A stretch of 40,083 nucleotides of DNA from a bacterium (GCA_041497675.1 JBGQGY010000019.1:1-40083); one strand, 5' to 3'; shown: positions 18,608 to 27,386, counted from the stretch's first letter. The notes: generated by a model from the sequence alone, not told the origin. Numbers and translations are program-made.

Positions 18608-19807
18608 CTATTTTATCATCAACCCGGTCACGTACAGCAGGAGCATGCCGACCGTGACGCCCGCAAAAATCGTCAGGGGCATCGGACGCTTCGCGGCGTC
18701 TTTTTGAATCAGCTTCGCGATTTCGTACGCGACCTCGAACACCGCGCCCGCGCCAATCGCGAGGAACACGACGGCGAGGGGTTTCGAATAGACCAACCCG
18801 CCTATCCACCCACCGGCGATCGCCGGCGCGCCACCGATGAGTCCCAACCAGGCGAGCGATGAGAGCGATGTCTGGTCTTTCAAGATCGGGGCGACGATCC
18901 CCAGCCCTTCGGTGATGTTTTGGAGGATGAACCCGATGACCAAGAACGTGCCCAGCGCCGCCGCGCCGACGCTGTAGGCCGCGCCGATCGCTAGACCCTC
19001 GCCGAGGTTGTGCAGACCGATGCCGACCGCGATCAGCGAGGCAAGCGCGAACCGCTGGGCAGTTTCGCCGCGCACCGCGCTCGTCTGCCGGCGGCCAATC
19101 GCATCGAGCAACATGAACGTGGCGACGACACCGATGCCGACGAGGCCGATTCCCTGAAACGGCCCACCCAAGCCGCCCCCGATCTCCAGGGCTTCGCTCG
19201 TCGCGTCAATACCCAGGTAAATCAGCAGGCCCGCGGTCATCGCCATCAAGAACATGAACCAACGCGCCCCGAGTTGCCGCAACGCGGGCAGCCAGAACAT
19301 GCCGAGAAAGATCGGGATGACCCCCACGTAGAGCCCGATGAGTGTAAAACTCCACAACGTGGCTGTCGAGACGGTCTTCGTTTCGGCCGCCACGGCGATC
19401 TCTGTCTTAAACGGGATCGAGTTCGACGAGAAAAGCGTAATCTTGTACGCGGCCGCCTGCGTCCATGGGTACTCCACGGTGATGACCGCCCGTCCCAGCC
19501 GCGCGAGCGCGGCGCCCGGCGAGGCTGTGAAGGGGAAGAGCGCGTCATTGATAATGATCTGCGCGAGCGTGACCTCCTGCGGACTGGTGTTGCGCACGTG
19601 CAGTTCGATCACACCCTGGCGCAAGACCGTGCGCTCGAACTGCACCTTCTCAATCGGGGCGGCCGGCTCCACGTTGAGACCCGCGCCGTTCGTCGTGAGA
19701 AATACGGCAATCACCCCAGTCAACAAGATCACGGGGATGATGAACAGCGCCAACATCCCGCCGCGCCTCTTGGTCGTCTGGGGTGAGGTGCGCCCGGCCG
19801 TCTCCAT
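18608..19807 (-). CDS. ZIP family metal transporter with N-terminal extracytoplasmic domain
   Basis: GIGLHNLGEG and LQNITEG ZIP motifs; about 100 aa beta-rich soluble domain after the first TM. Confidence 0.85.
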   Translation of the reverse strand: METAGRTSPQTTKRRGGMLALFIIPVILLTGVIAVFLTTNGAGLNVEPAAPIEKVQFERTVLRQGVIELHVRNTSPQEVTLAQIIINDALFPFTASPGAALARLGRAVITVEYPWTQAAAYKITLFSSNSIPFKTEIAVAAETKTVSTATLWSFTLIGLYVGVIPIFLGMFWLPALRQLGARWFMFLMAMTAGLLIYLGIDATSEALEIGGGLGGPFQGIGLVGIGVVATFMLLDAIGRRQTSAVRGETAQRFALASLIAVGIGLHNLGEGLAIGAAYSVGAAALGTFLVIGFILQNITEGLGIVAPILKDQTSLSSLAWLGLIGGAPAIAGGWIGGLVYSKPLAVVFLAIGAGAVFEVAYEIAKLIQKDAAKRPMPLTIFAGVTVGMLLLYVTGLMIK

Positions 19808-19810
19808 GGT

Positions 19811-20848
19811 CTACGCCTCCCCTCCACCCACTTCGAAGAGGCCCGTCCACCCCAATTCCGCGAACTCGGTCTTGTGGGCGTGGAACATGTACTTACCCGG
19901 ATATTTGTACGTGAACTCGAGAATGCCCCGCTGCGCCTGCATCTGCGCGATCGTGTCGGTGAACTCGCTGGGCGTCAGGCTCGTCCCTGTCGGATAGTAG
20001 TGGAAGAAGTTCGCGTGCAGATGGAGCGAGTTGACCGGGTCGAATTCGAGCAGGTTGGCGAGATAGACACGCACTTTCTCGCCTACCTTGAGCGGGATCG
20101 GGTACCGGTCGTAGTGAAAGGGAATAAAGTTCACCGCGTACGCGTCGTTCTCACCGTCGAAATCCAGATCCACGCCGGTCATCACCATCACAAGCTCGCG
20201 ATCCACTTTGGGACGCCCACCCTTGGGGTCGATGATGAACGCGCCGTACAGCCCCCGCGAAATGTGCTCCGGCAGCGGGAACGCGTGACAGTGATAGAGG
20301 TGCAGCCCGAACGGTTCGGCGTCGAACTCGTAGACAAACTTGCCACCGGTCGGGACCATCTCGAACACCCCATCCATATTGCCGGGGTGGATCCCGTGAA
20401 AATGCATCGTGTGCGGATGAAGGGTGCCATTGGAAAAGGTGATGCGAATGCGATCACCCTCGGTGCACCGGAACGTCGGACCCGGCACGCGACCGTTGTA
20501 GGTCCACGCCTCGTACTTGATGCCGGGCAGCACTTCGACGCTTTTCACCGACGCGAGCACGTTGTACTCGCGCAGGGTTCGACCGTTTGGCAGTCTGCTC
20601 ACCCGGCCGTAGTCGAAGTCCGTCAGGATTCTGGAGGGGTTGAAGCCATTGGCGGCATGGTTGACGTCCTTGTTTGTGCCGGGCATGGTCATGCGCCCAC
20701 CGTGTGGGGTGTGCGGCATGGGCCTGGGGTTCTGGGCTCCGGCAACCCGAACGCCGCTCAACGAGCCTGCCATGGATGCGGCGCCCGCCAGACCCGCCGC
20801 GCCGCCCAATCCGAGCTTGATAAAGTCGCGACGATTCACTGCGCTCAT
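19811..20848 (-). CDS. Tat-exported two-domain multicopper oxidase
   Basis: NRRDFIK Tat signal; HTMHFHG, YHCH...H, HLH, FHAH copper motifs; SD GAGGGGG before ATG 20848. Confidence 0.9.
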   Translation of the reverse strand: MSAVNRRDFIKLGLGGAAGLAGAASMAGSLSGVRVAGAQNPRPMPHTPHGGRMTMPGTNKDVNHAANGFNPSRILTDFDYGRVSRLPNGRTLREYNVLASVKSVEVLPGIKYEAWTYNGRVPGPTFRCTEGDRIRITFSNGTLHPHTMHFHGIHPGNMDGVFEMVPTGGKFVYEFDAEPFGLHLYHCHAFPLPEHISRGLYGAFIIDPKGGRPKVDRELVMVMTGVDLDFDGENDAYAVNFIPFHYDRYPIPLKVGEKVRVYLANLLEFDPVNSLHLHANFFHYYPTGTSLTPSEFTDTIAQMQAQRGILEFTYKYPGKYMFHAHKTEFAELGWTGLFEVGGGEA

Positions 20849-20915
20849 TCGATCCCCCTCTGATCTGCTATGCCGGAGTATCACACGCGACGGGCACCAG
20901 CAGCCCGTTGCTCAA

Positions 20916-20944
20916 TTAGCCCAAACTAAATTAGTATTGGCTAA
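20916..20944. promoter_or_regulatory. two tandem DtxR/MntR-type operator palindromes
   Basis: TTAG-CCCAAA-CTAA (20916-20929) and TTAG-TATTGG-CTAA (20931-20944), AT-rich in a GC-rich genome, directly downstream of the -10. Confidence 0.8.
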
Positions 20945-20973
20945 ATCTTAGGGGGGCCGTACGTCTGTGTCAA
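20945..20973 (-). promoter_or_regulatory. sigma70 promoter of MCO-ZIP-mntR operon
   Basis: TTGACA (20973-20968), 17 bp spacer, TAAGAT (20950-20945). Confidence 0.8.
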
Positions 20974-20989
20974 CCGGGGGGTGTGGCCG

Positions 20990-22183
20990 TCACTCCGAGG
21001 CGCCGCGTCCTCGGAGCAGCGCGGCGATCGCCTCGTGGCCGCCGTCGACGGCGAGTTGTAGAGGGGTCTTACCCTGGGAGTTGCGCGCGCCGGGGTCCGC
21101 GCCGCGATCGAGCAGCCAGGCGACCATCGGTGCCCGGCCAAATCGCGCGGCGGCGTGCAACGCCGTGGTGCCGTTGCGCCCGGCATTGACGTCGGCGCCG
21201 GCCCGCACCAGCATGTCGGCCACCTCAGTCTGCCCGGTGATGGCGGGAAAATACAGCACGGGAATGCCGTGCACGCCGGATGCGCGCGCGAGGGCCGGAT
21301 CCGACCGCAAGAATTCCGCCACGCGATCCTTCATCCCCAGCACGGCCGCGGTGAACACGTCGAGGGTCGCCCCGCGCCCGAGCAACCACTCCGCGATGGG
21401 TCTGTTGCCGACGTGTGACGCGGCCTCCAATGCCGTCTCGTCCCATCGCGCGCGCGCGTGGACCAGCATCGGATGCTGCTCGGCCAGCGCCTGCACCTTC
21501 GCCTGGTTCCCGTGTCCGGCCGCGACGAACTCGTCGATGAGCGCCTGCGGAAATCGCACGCGCCGGTGGATCTCCAGCAGGCGGCGCAATTCGGCGATGG
21601 GCGCTTCCGCGTCATCGACGCGCAGGTCGATGTACCGATCGCTCAGGGCAAGCGGTCCACCCTGATCCCGGACGACGAGCAACGCCGCCGACTGCTGCCC
21701 GCGGCGGTCGCCGCCTTGTGCCTGCCCGGCGGTGAGCGCCGACGCCAAACGCTCCGGGAGCGGCCCGGTGCTCGACGCGAATGTCTCGGCCATTGCCTCG
21801 ATCACCACGGGACCTGCGAGTAGGTTGCCCTGACAGGTGAAGCCGTCTCCTCCGCGGTGCCCCGCCCACGGGCTGCAGCGTGTCCCGGTCCAGGCGGCGC
21901 TGCGGCCCGCCGCGTCGACGATCCCGGCCTGGCGCCGGTCGCGATGCTCGTCCCCCTCGACGAGCCGCGCGAGCGCCTGATCCGGCGGAAGCCCTTCGGC
22001 CAGCAGCCGCAGTCCCTCCACGCCAAACGTGACGTTGGTCCACGACTGCGCGGCGACGGCGCCGACACCGGCCCGCGCCCACGGCACGACGGCGCCGACC
22101 GACAACACCCTGCTGGCGACCGCTATGCCGATCTCGCTCGACTCGCGATCGATCGCGACGATGGAGAACGTCCCGGTCATCAT
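20990..22183 (-). CDS. DUF1028 (Ntn-hydrolase-like) domain + ankyrin repeats
   Basis: TFSIVA, VGAVVPW, QGNLL, GGDRRGQQSAAL, DLRVDD; C-terminal ankyrin repeats (GTTALHAAA, GKTPLQLA). Start inferred at MMTGTFS. Confidence 0.85.
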   Translation of the reverse strand: MMTGTFSIVAIDRESSEIGIAVASRVLSVGAVVPWARAGVGAVAAQSWTNVTFGVEGLRLLAEGLPPDQALARLVEGDEHRDRRQAGIVDAAGRSAAWTGTRCSPWAGHRGGDGFTCQGNLLAGPVVIEAMAETFASSTGPLPERLASALTAGQAQGGDRRGQQSAALLVVRDQGGPLALSDRYIDLRVDDAEAPIAELRRLLEIHRRVRFPQALIDEFVAAGHGNQAKVQALAEQHPMLVHARARWDETALEAASHVGNRPIAEWLLGRGATLDVFTAAVLGMKDRVAEFLRSDPALARASGVHGIPVLYFPAITGQTEVADMLVRAGADVNAGRNGTTALHAAARFGRAPMVAWLLDRGADPGARNSQGKTPLQLAVDGGHEAIAALLRGRGASE

Positions 22184-22360
22184 GCGGGTGGAGTTCCACC
22201 GGCCCCCCAGCGATGCCTGCCGCCGCGGGTACACGGTGTCCCATGCGCGTCCGACATGCTCGCGGGACGACATGTTTCCTGAGGGTCTGCAGGAGTTTCT
22301 CGTTGGGAATACCAGCAGTTGTCGGTCCAAAAGTTGCAGGGTACGATCCCGGAGGGCCTG

Positions 22361-25159
22361 GTGATCCATCGGCTCTTTGCGAGTCTTCGATACCGCTTAA
22401 TTCTCCTCGTCCTGATCGCGCTCGTTCCGGCGCTGTGTCTGACAGCATATACCGGTCTGCAGGTGCGTGACCGGGCGGGCGAGACGGCGCGCGCCAACGT
22501 GCTGCGGATTGTCCGCATCGCATCCGCGGACCACGCCCAGACGCTCGATGGCGCGCGCGTGCTGCTCACCGCCCTCGCCCGGCTCCCAGAAGTACGGCGG
22601 CGTGATGCCGCGGCGTGTAGCGCGCTCTCCGCCGATTTGCAGCAGCAATATCCGCGCTTTGCGAATCTCGGCGCAATTGCTCCCAACGGGGATGTCTTTT
22701 GCAGCGCGATTCCCTTCTCACGACCGACCAGTGTGGCCGATCGTCCCTGGTTCCGCCGTGCCCTCGCAACGCGCACCTTCGCCATCGGCGAATATCAGAT
22801 CGGCCGTATCACGGGTAAGCCCAGCCTCAACGCCGGGTATCCCGTCATTGACGGCGGAGAGGTCAAGGCCGTCGTCTTCGTGGCCCTGGATCTCGGCTCG
22901 TTCAATCATCTGGTAGCCAACGCTCAGTTGGCGGAAGGTTCATCGCTGACTATGATCGACCAGAAAGGCACGATATTGGCCCATTACCCCGACGCGGAGA
23001 AGTGGGTCGGGCGTTCGGTGCCCGACGTCCCGATTGTCAAGGTCATGCTGAGCAACCAGGACGAGGGCACGGCCGAGGTCACAGGGGTGGATGGCGTCAA
23101 GCGGCTGTTTGCATTCATGTCGCTCGGCAGGTCCTCACAAGCAGGCCGGGCCTATGTGGCGGTGGGCATCCCCACCTCGGTCGCTTTCGCCGAAGTGGAC
23201 CAGTTGATGACCCGCCAGTTGGGGGGGCTATTACTGCTGGCGATCGTCGTCCTTGCGACCGCCTGGCTGGTCAGCGATGCGTTTGTGCTCCGAAAAGTGC
23301 GGGCTCTTGTAAGTGCCACCAGCCGGTTGCGGGCGGGTGATCTCACTGCGCGCAGCGGGCTTCCACACTCGAATGGCGAGCTGAGTCAACTCGCCGGTGC
23401 ATTCGACGAGATGGCGGAAGCGCTTCAAACGCGCGCCGAGCGTCTCGACATCCTCCACCAGATCGACCAGGCCATTCTGACGGCCCAGTCACCGGAGGCC
23501 ATTGCCGAGGCCGCCCTCCGCGAGATGCGGCATCTGATCCCCTATCGAAGAGCCACGGTGAGCCTCTTCGACTTCGCGGCCGGTGAGACGATTGTGCTGA
23601 TGACTCAGGCAATCGGCGACAATCCAATGTCGCCGGGTATGCGCCTCCCGATGCAGGCGGTTGGCGACCTCCACCACACCATCGAGGTGCTACGGCAAGG
23701 GAAGGTGCACGTGCTCGACCTCAGGACCCTGTCCGCGTCATCACCGGTCATTCACGCCTTGCAGGCGGGCGACACGCCCTTGATGAACCTCGTGCCGCTG
23801 ATCGCACAAGGCGAACTGATCGGCTCCCTCAACCTGGGGCTCGGCGACACCCAGTTGACGTCCGAGCAGGCCGACATCGCGCGCGAAGTGGCGGATCAGC
23901 TCGCGGTCGCGCTCCAGCAGGCTCAGCTGCGGGAGGAATTACGCGAGCACGCGGCCGACCTCGAGCGGCGGGTGACCGAACGATCGGAGGACCTCGAGCA
24001 GGCCAGGCGAGAGGCGGACCGTGCCAACCAGGCCAAGAGCGAGTTTCTCTCCCGCATGAGCCATGAGCTCCGCACGCCCCTCAATGCGATCTTGGGGTTC
24101 GCTCAATTGTTGGAAATGGATTTGTTGAACCAGGAGCAACGCGAGAGCGTGGGCCACATCCTGAAAGGTGGCCGCCACCTGCTCGATCTCATCAACGAAG
24201 TCCTGGACATCTCCCGCATCGAGACGGGCCGTCTGGCGATCTCGCTCGAACCTGTTTCGGTGCGTGAGGTCGTGATCGAGAGTCTCGATTTGATCGCGCC
24301 GCTGGCGGCCAAGCAGAAGATTCGTCTGGAGAGCGGCACGCGCGATGTCCCCGATCGATTTGTCCTCGCCGACCGCCAACGGTTGAAGCAGGTCCTCTTG
24401 AATCTGCTCAGCAACGCCGTGAAGTACAACCGGCCGCAAGGCACCGTCGCGCTCTCGTTTGAAGAGGCGGCCGGGCGGCTGCGGATCACGGTGCGCGACA
24501 CCGGACCGGGCATCGCGCCGGAACGGATGAATCGCCTCTTCACCCCGTTCGACCGGCTCGGGGTTGAGCAGGCAGGGATCGAAGGCACCGGGCTCGGCCT
24601 GGCACTCTCAATGCGCCTGGTGGACGCCATGGGCGGCACGATGGCCGCCGAGAGCGCCGTGGGCGTCGGGAGCCGGTTCTGGATGGAGCTTCCCACCACG
24701 GAAGGACCGGAGCATCGCGTCGAACGGATGGGCGACGCTCCGGCGGCGGCGGAACTCGAAGCGTCAAAGCGGGCGCGACTCGTGCTCTACGTCGAGGACA
24801 ACATCCCCAACCTCAAACTGATCCAGCGGCTTCTGGCTCATCGTCCGGAGGTCCGGTTGCTCCCCGCCATGCAGGGACGGCTGGGTCTGGACCTGGCCCG
24901 GCAGCATCGTCCTGACTTGATCCTGCTGGATCTCCATCTGCCGGACATCCAGGGCGACGAAATCCTCAACCGGCTGCAGGATGACCCCGAGACGCGTCAC
25001 ATCCCTGTCGTCGTGATCAGTGCCGACGCGACGCCGGGGCAGGTCGAGCGTCTGCTGGCCGCCGGGGCCCGCGACTATCTGACCAAGCCGCTCAACGTGC
25101 AGAAGCTCCTCAGCGTGCTTGACGATCTCCTTCAGCCTGCCGAGCTTCAGAACACGTAG
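22361..25159 (+). CDS. hybrid sensor histidine kinase (Cache-HAMP-GAF-HisKA-HATPase-REC)
   Basis: Two TM helices around a Cache-like domain; SRMSHELRTPLN H-box, NLLSNAVKY, DTGPGI, GTGLGL; receiver LLDLHLPD...KP; SD GGAGGG before GTG 22361. Confidence 0.92.
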   Translation: MIHRLFASLRYRLILLVLIALVPALCLTAYTGLQVRDRAGETARANVLRIVRIASADHAQTLDGARVLLTALARLPEVRRRDAAACSALSADLQQQYPRFANLGAIAPNGDVFCSAIPFSRPTSVADRPWFRRALATRTFAIGEYQIGRITGKPSLNAGYPVIDGGEVKAVVFVALDLGSFNHLVANAQLAEGSSLTMIDQKGTILAHYPDAEKWVGRSVPDVPIVKVMLSNQDEGTAEVTGVDGVKRLFAFMSLGRSSQAGRAYVAVGIPTSVAFAEVDQLMTRQLGGLLLLAIVVLATAWLVSDAFVLRKVRALVSATSRLRAGDLTARSGLPHSNGELSQLAGAFDEMAEALQTRAERLDILHQIDQAILTAQSPEAIAEAALREMRHLIPYRRATVSLFDFAAGETIVLMTQAIGDNPMSPGMRLPMQAVGDLHHTIEVLRQGKVHVLDLRTLSASSPVIHALQAGDTPLMNLVPLIAQGELIGSLNLGLGDTQLTSEQADIAREVADQLAVALQQAQLREELREHAADLERRVTERSEDLEQARREADRANQAKSEFLSRMSHELRTPLNAILGFAQLLEMDLLNQEQRESVGHILKGGRHLLDLINEVLDISRIETGRLAISLEPVSVREVVIESLDLIAPLAAKQKIRLESGTRDVPDRFVLADRQRLKQVLLNLLSNAVKYNRPQGTVALSFEEAAGRLRITVRDTGPGIAPERMNRLFTPFDRLGVEQAGIEGTGLGLALSMRLVDAMGGTMAAESAVGVGSRFWMELPTTEGPEHRVERMGDAPAAAELEASKRARLVLYVEDNIPNLKLIQRLLAHRPEVRLLPAMQGRLGLDLARQHRPDLILLDLHLPDIQGDEILNRLQDDPETRHIPVVVISADATPGQVERLLAAGARDYLTKPLNVQKLLSVLDDLLQPAELQNT

Positions 25160-25602
25160 GCCGCCGTCGCCGGGTTGCGCCGAAGCGCCTCCCACTCGTC
25201 GTCCGTCAGCGGCTGCGGCATGTCGCGCTCAGCGTCCACCGGGCACAGAAAGCCGAATGGGTCTGGCCCATCGGTCATCCACCGGTGCGGCGTCCCCGGC
25301 GGCACGTAGACGAGATCGAACGGCGCCAGATCGAAGACCTCGCCACCCACTAGAGCCTTTCCCTTCCCCCGCATGGCGATGATCAAGTGCACGTGCGTGT
25401 GTTTCTCAAGGCTCGAGTATCCGCCGGGCTCCAGTTCAAAGTACCGTAGCTCGAGGCGGGACGGCACAGCCGGCGGGCGGCCGAGGGTGAATCGCGTGAC
25501 ACCACGCCAGCCCATGCCGCGGTGGTCGCCCACGCTAAACTTGTACGCCCGTGGATCGATGCCGTGCCAGCGGAACGCCGCGGCGTCAAACGCAATCTTC
25601 AT
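25147..25602 (-). CDS. cupin domain protein
   Basis: LEPGGYSSLEKHTHVH and VPPGTPHRW cupin motifs; ATGA overlap with the upstream stop at 25599-25601. Confidence 0.85.
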   Translation of the reverse strand: MKIAFDAAAFRWHGIDPRAYKFSVGDHRGMGWRGVTRFTLGRPPAVPSRLELRYFELEPGGYSSLEKHTHVHLIIAMRGKGKALVGGEVFDLAPFDLVYVPPGTPHRWMTDGPDPFGFLCPVDAERDMPQPLTDDEWEALRRNPATAAYVF

Positions 25603-26591
25603 TTGGCTTTGTGCTGCAAGGGTTCGGGCACACGATCCAGATCGGGCGGGAGCAATCGAATCTGCCATTCGAGCCCCACGGCCTCGGGCGGCCAGCACAC
25701 GCGGTTGTCGCAGGACTGCAGACGCAGCGTCCCCGCCAGCCGCAGCCCCTGACCCGCCTCGATCACCGGGGCGAGCTCCAGACGAGTGCCCAGTGAGATG
25801 TCCACCGCCAGGCGGATCGGGCGTGTGTATCCTGTCAACACTTCACTGGTCCAGGGCAGATGTAGTTGCGCGGCTGGAGGATAGGCTGGCGCGTGGGACA
25901 GGATATGAGCCGGCGGATCGATCGTCAACGCCAGCCCCTGGTACCCGCCGCCGACCTCCGGGCCGTAGACGTGGACGCCGGGCAACGGCTCGATGTCTAC
26001 GAAGAGCGTGAAGCGGTTCCCCGGGCTCACCGACGCATCGCTGGCCGCGGTTCGCACGCGCAGGTGCTCGCGCTCGGCCGACCCCAGGCGCGAGGCCAGG
26101 TCCAACCCAAGCCGCCAGAACACGGACGGGGTCGTCAGCCGGTTCCAGTACTTCTCTTCGAAGAATCGCTCCTGGATCACGCCACCGGCATCGACCTGGA
26201 AGATCCCGGGATGCGGGACGCCGTAGTCGCGGCTGCCGGGCGCGGCCTGCTCGTTGAACAGGCCGAAACGCCGGATGATCGATGAGTCGGGGTCAGACAG
26301 CAGTGGGAACGTGATCCCGCGCCGCTGCGCAAAGTCACGGAGGATCTCCACCGAGTCGTAGCTGATGCTACAGAGCCCGTACCCCTGCCCCGCGATGATC
26401 GTCAGGTTTCGCTCCAGCTCCACGAGCTGGGCTTTGCAATATGGTCACCAGTCCGCCGACCGGACAAAGACGACGAACGCGCCGTTTCGCCCGCGGATCG
26501 ACTCAAACGTTTGCGTGCGCCCCTTCTGGTCCAGGGCTTCGAATGCGGGAATCCGCTCGCCGATCGAAAGACCGTAGTGGACGGGTGTCAT
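25599..26591 (-). CDS. putative selenoprotein: AhpC/TSA-like thioredoxin-fold domain (UxxC) fused to DsbD-N-like domain, 330 aa, Sec49
   Basis: Reading from ATG 26591 gives MTPVHYGLSIGERIPAFEALDQKGRTQTFESIRGRNGAFVVFVRSADW*PYCKAQLVEL, in frame with ORF 25599-26423; TGA at 26445-26447 is the first position of the CxxC motif; C-terminal QSCDNRVCWPP. Confidence 0.85.
26411..26432 (-). promoter_or_regulatory. candidate bacterial SECIS element
   Basis: mRNA GC-CCAGCUC-GUG-GAGCUGG-A-GC; perfect 7-bp stem with a GU-starting apical loop 21 nt after UGA. Confidence 0.7.
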
Positions 26592-26636
26592 ATCCCCATC
26601 ATAGATGCCCGCCGGGCCAAAGGGCGGGTAGACCGT

Positions 26637-27386
26637 TCACAGCGTGGACGCTGCGGCGGCATCGACCCACCAGATGACTGTGCCTCGAGGTGGCCGGACG
26701 CCGGCCGCGGGGCAGAGGTGCGGGTCAGGCGAGTCCTTCACGATCCGGCGTAGGGCCGGGGCCTTGTCCGCGCCGGTCACGACGAAGAACACGGTGTCCG
26801 CCCGATTCAGGGCCGGTAGCGTGAACGTCAACCGGACTTTCGGCTCGACTGGGGCCGCCGCCACGACCACGCATCGCTGTGTTTCGTCGAGGGCTGGTGA
26901 GTTTGGGAACAGCGACGCCGTGTGCCCATCACTCCCGATGCCCAGCAGGATCAGATCAAACGACGACCGCGCGCCGCTGAAGTTCGCCCGCAGCGTCCGC
27001 TCGTAACGCCACGCCGCCTCATCGGGATTCGCGGGTTCGGTCGGCATCGGATACACGTGCCCCGGCGAGACGGGCACGTGATCGAGCAGCGTCTCCCTGG
27101 CCATGCGGTAGTTGCTACGGGGATCGTCGTGGGGCACGTACCGCTCGTCGCTCCAGAAAATGTTCACGCGCGCCCAAGGTATTCGGTCGCGGTAATCCGC
27201 AGCGAGACGCCGATACAGCGGACGTGGGGTATTGCCGCCAGACAGCGCAAGCGAGAAGTCCTCGCCACTCGAGGTCCTCGCGGCGATCAGTGATTCAATG
27301 TGCGCGGCCGCTGCGCGGGCCGCGCCATCAGCGTCGGGGAAGATGCGTATCTCTGCCGGCGCGTCCGCGGTCAGGACGGATGCCAC
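26637..27386 (-). CDS. pgl: 6-phosphogluconolactonase
   Basis: LSGGNTP, DERYVP, SNYRM, LGIGSDGHTASLFP; start GTG 27386 inferred. Confidence 0.92.
   Translation of the reverse strand: MASVLTADAPAEIRIFPDADGAARAAAAHIESLIAARTSSGEDFSLALSGGNTPRPLYRRLAADYRDRIPWARVNIFWSDERYVPHDDPRSNYRMARETLLDHVPVSPGHVYPMPTEPANPDEAAWRYERTLRANFSGARSSFDLILLGIGSDGHTASLFPNSPALDETQRCVVVAAAPVEPKVRLTFTLPALNRADTVFFVVTGADKAPALRRIVKDSPDPHLCPAAGVRPPRGTVIWWVDAAAASTL

Noticed and set aside
19811..20848. Annotation as copper nitrite reductase nirK
   Set aside because: It has all four HxH motifs of a trinuclear cluster and lacks the NirK HNIDxH-type motif.
22184..22369. N-terminal extensions of the DUF1028 and kinase ORFs that overlap head to head
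   Set aside because: Family motifs and SD placement indicate later starts (22183 and 22361), leaving a normal divergent intergenic region.
26445..26447. TGA as a nonsense mutation (pseudogene) or as an alternative genetic code
   Set aside because: It is the only lesion, falls on the redox Cys position and is followed by a SECIS-like hairpin; other genes end normally at TGA and use TGG for Trp. Not fully excluded without the sel genes.
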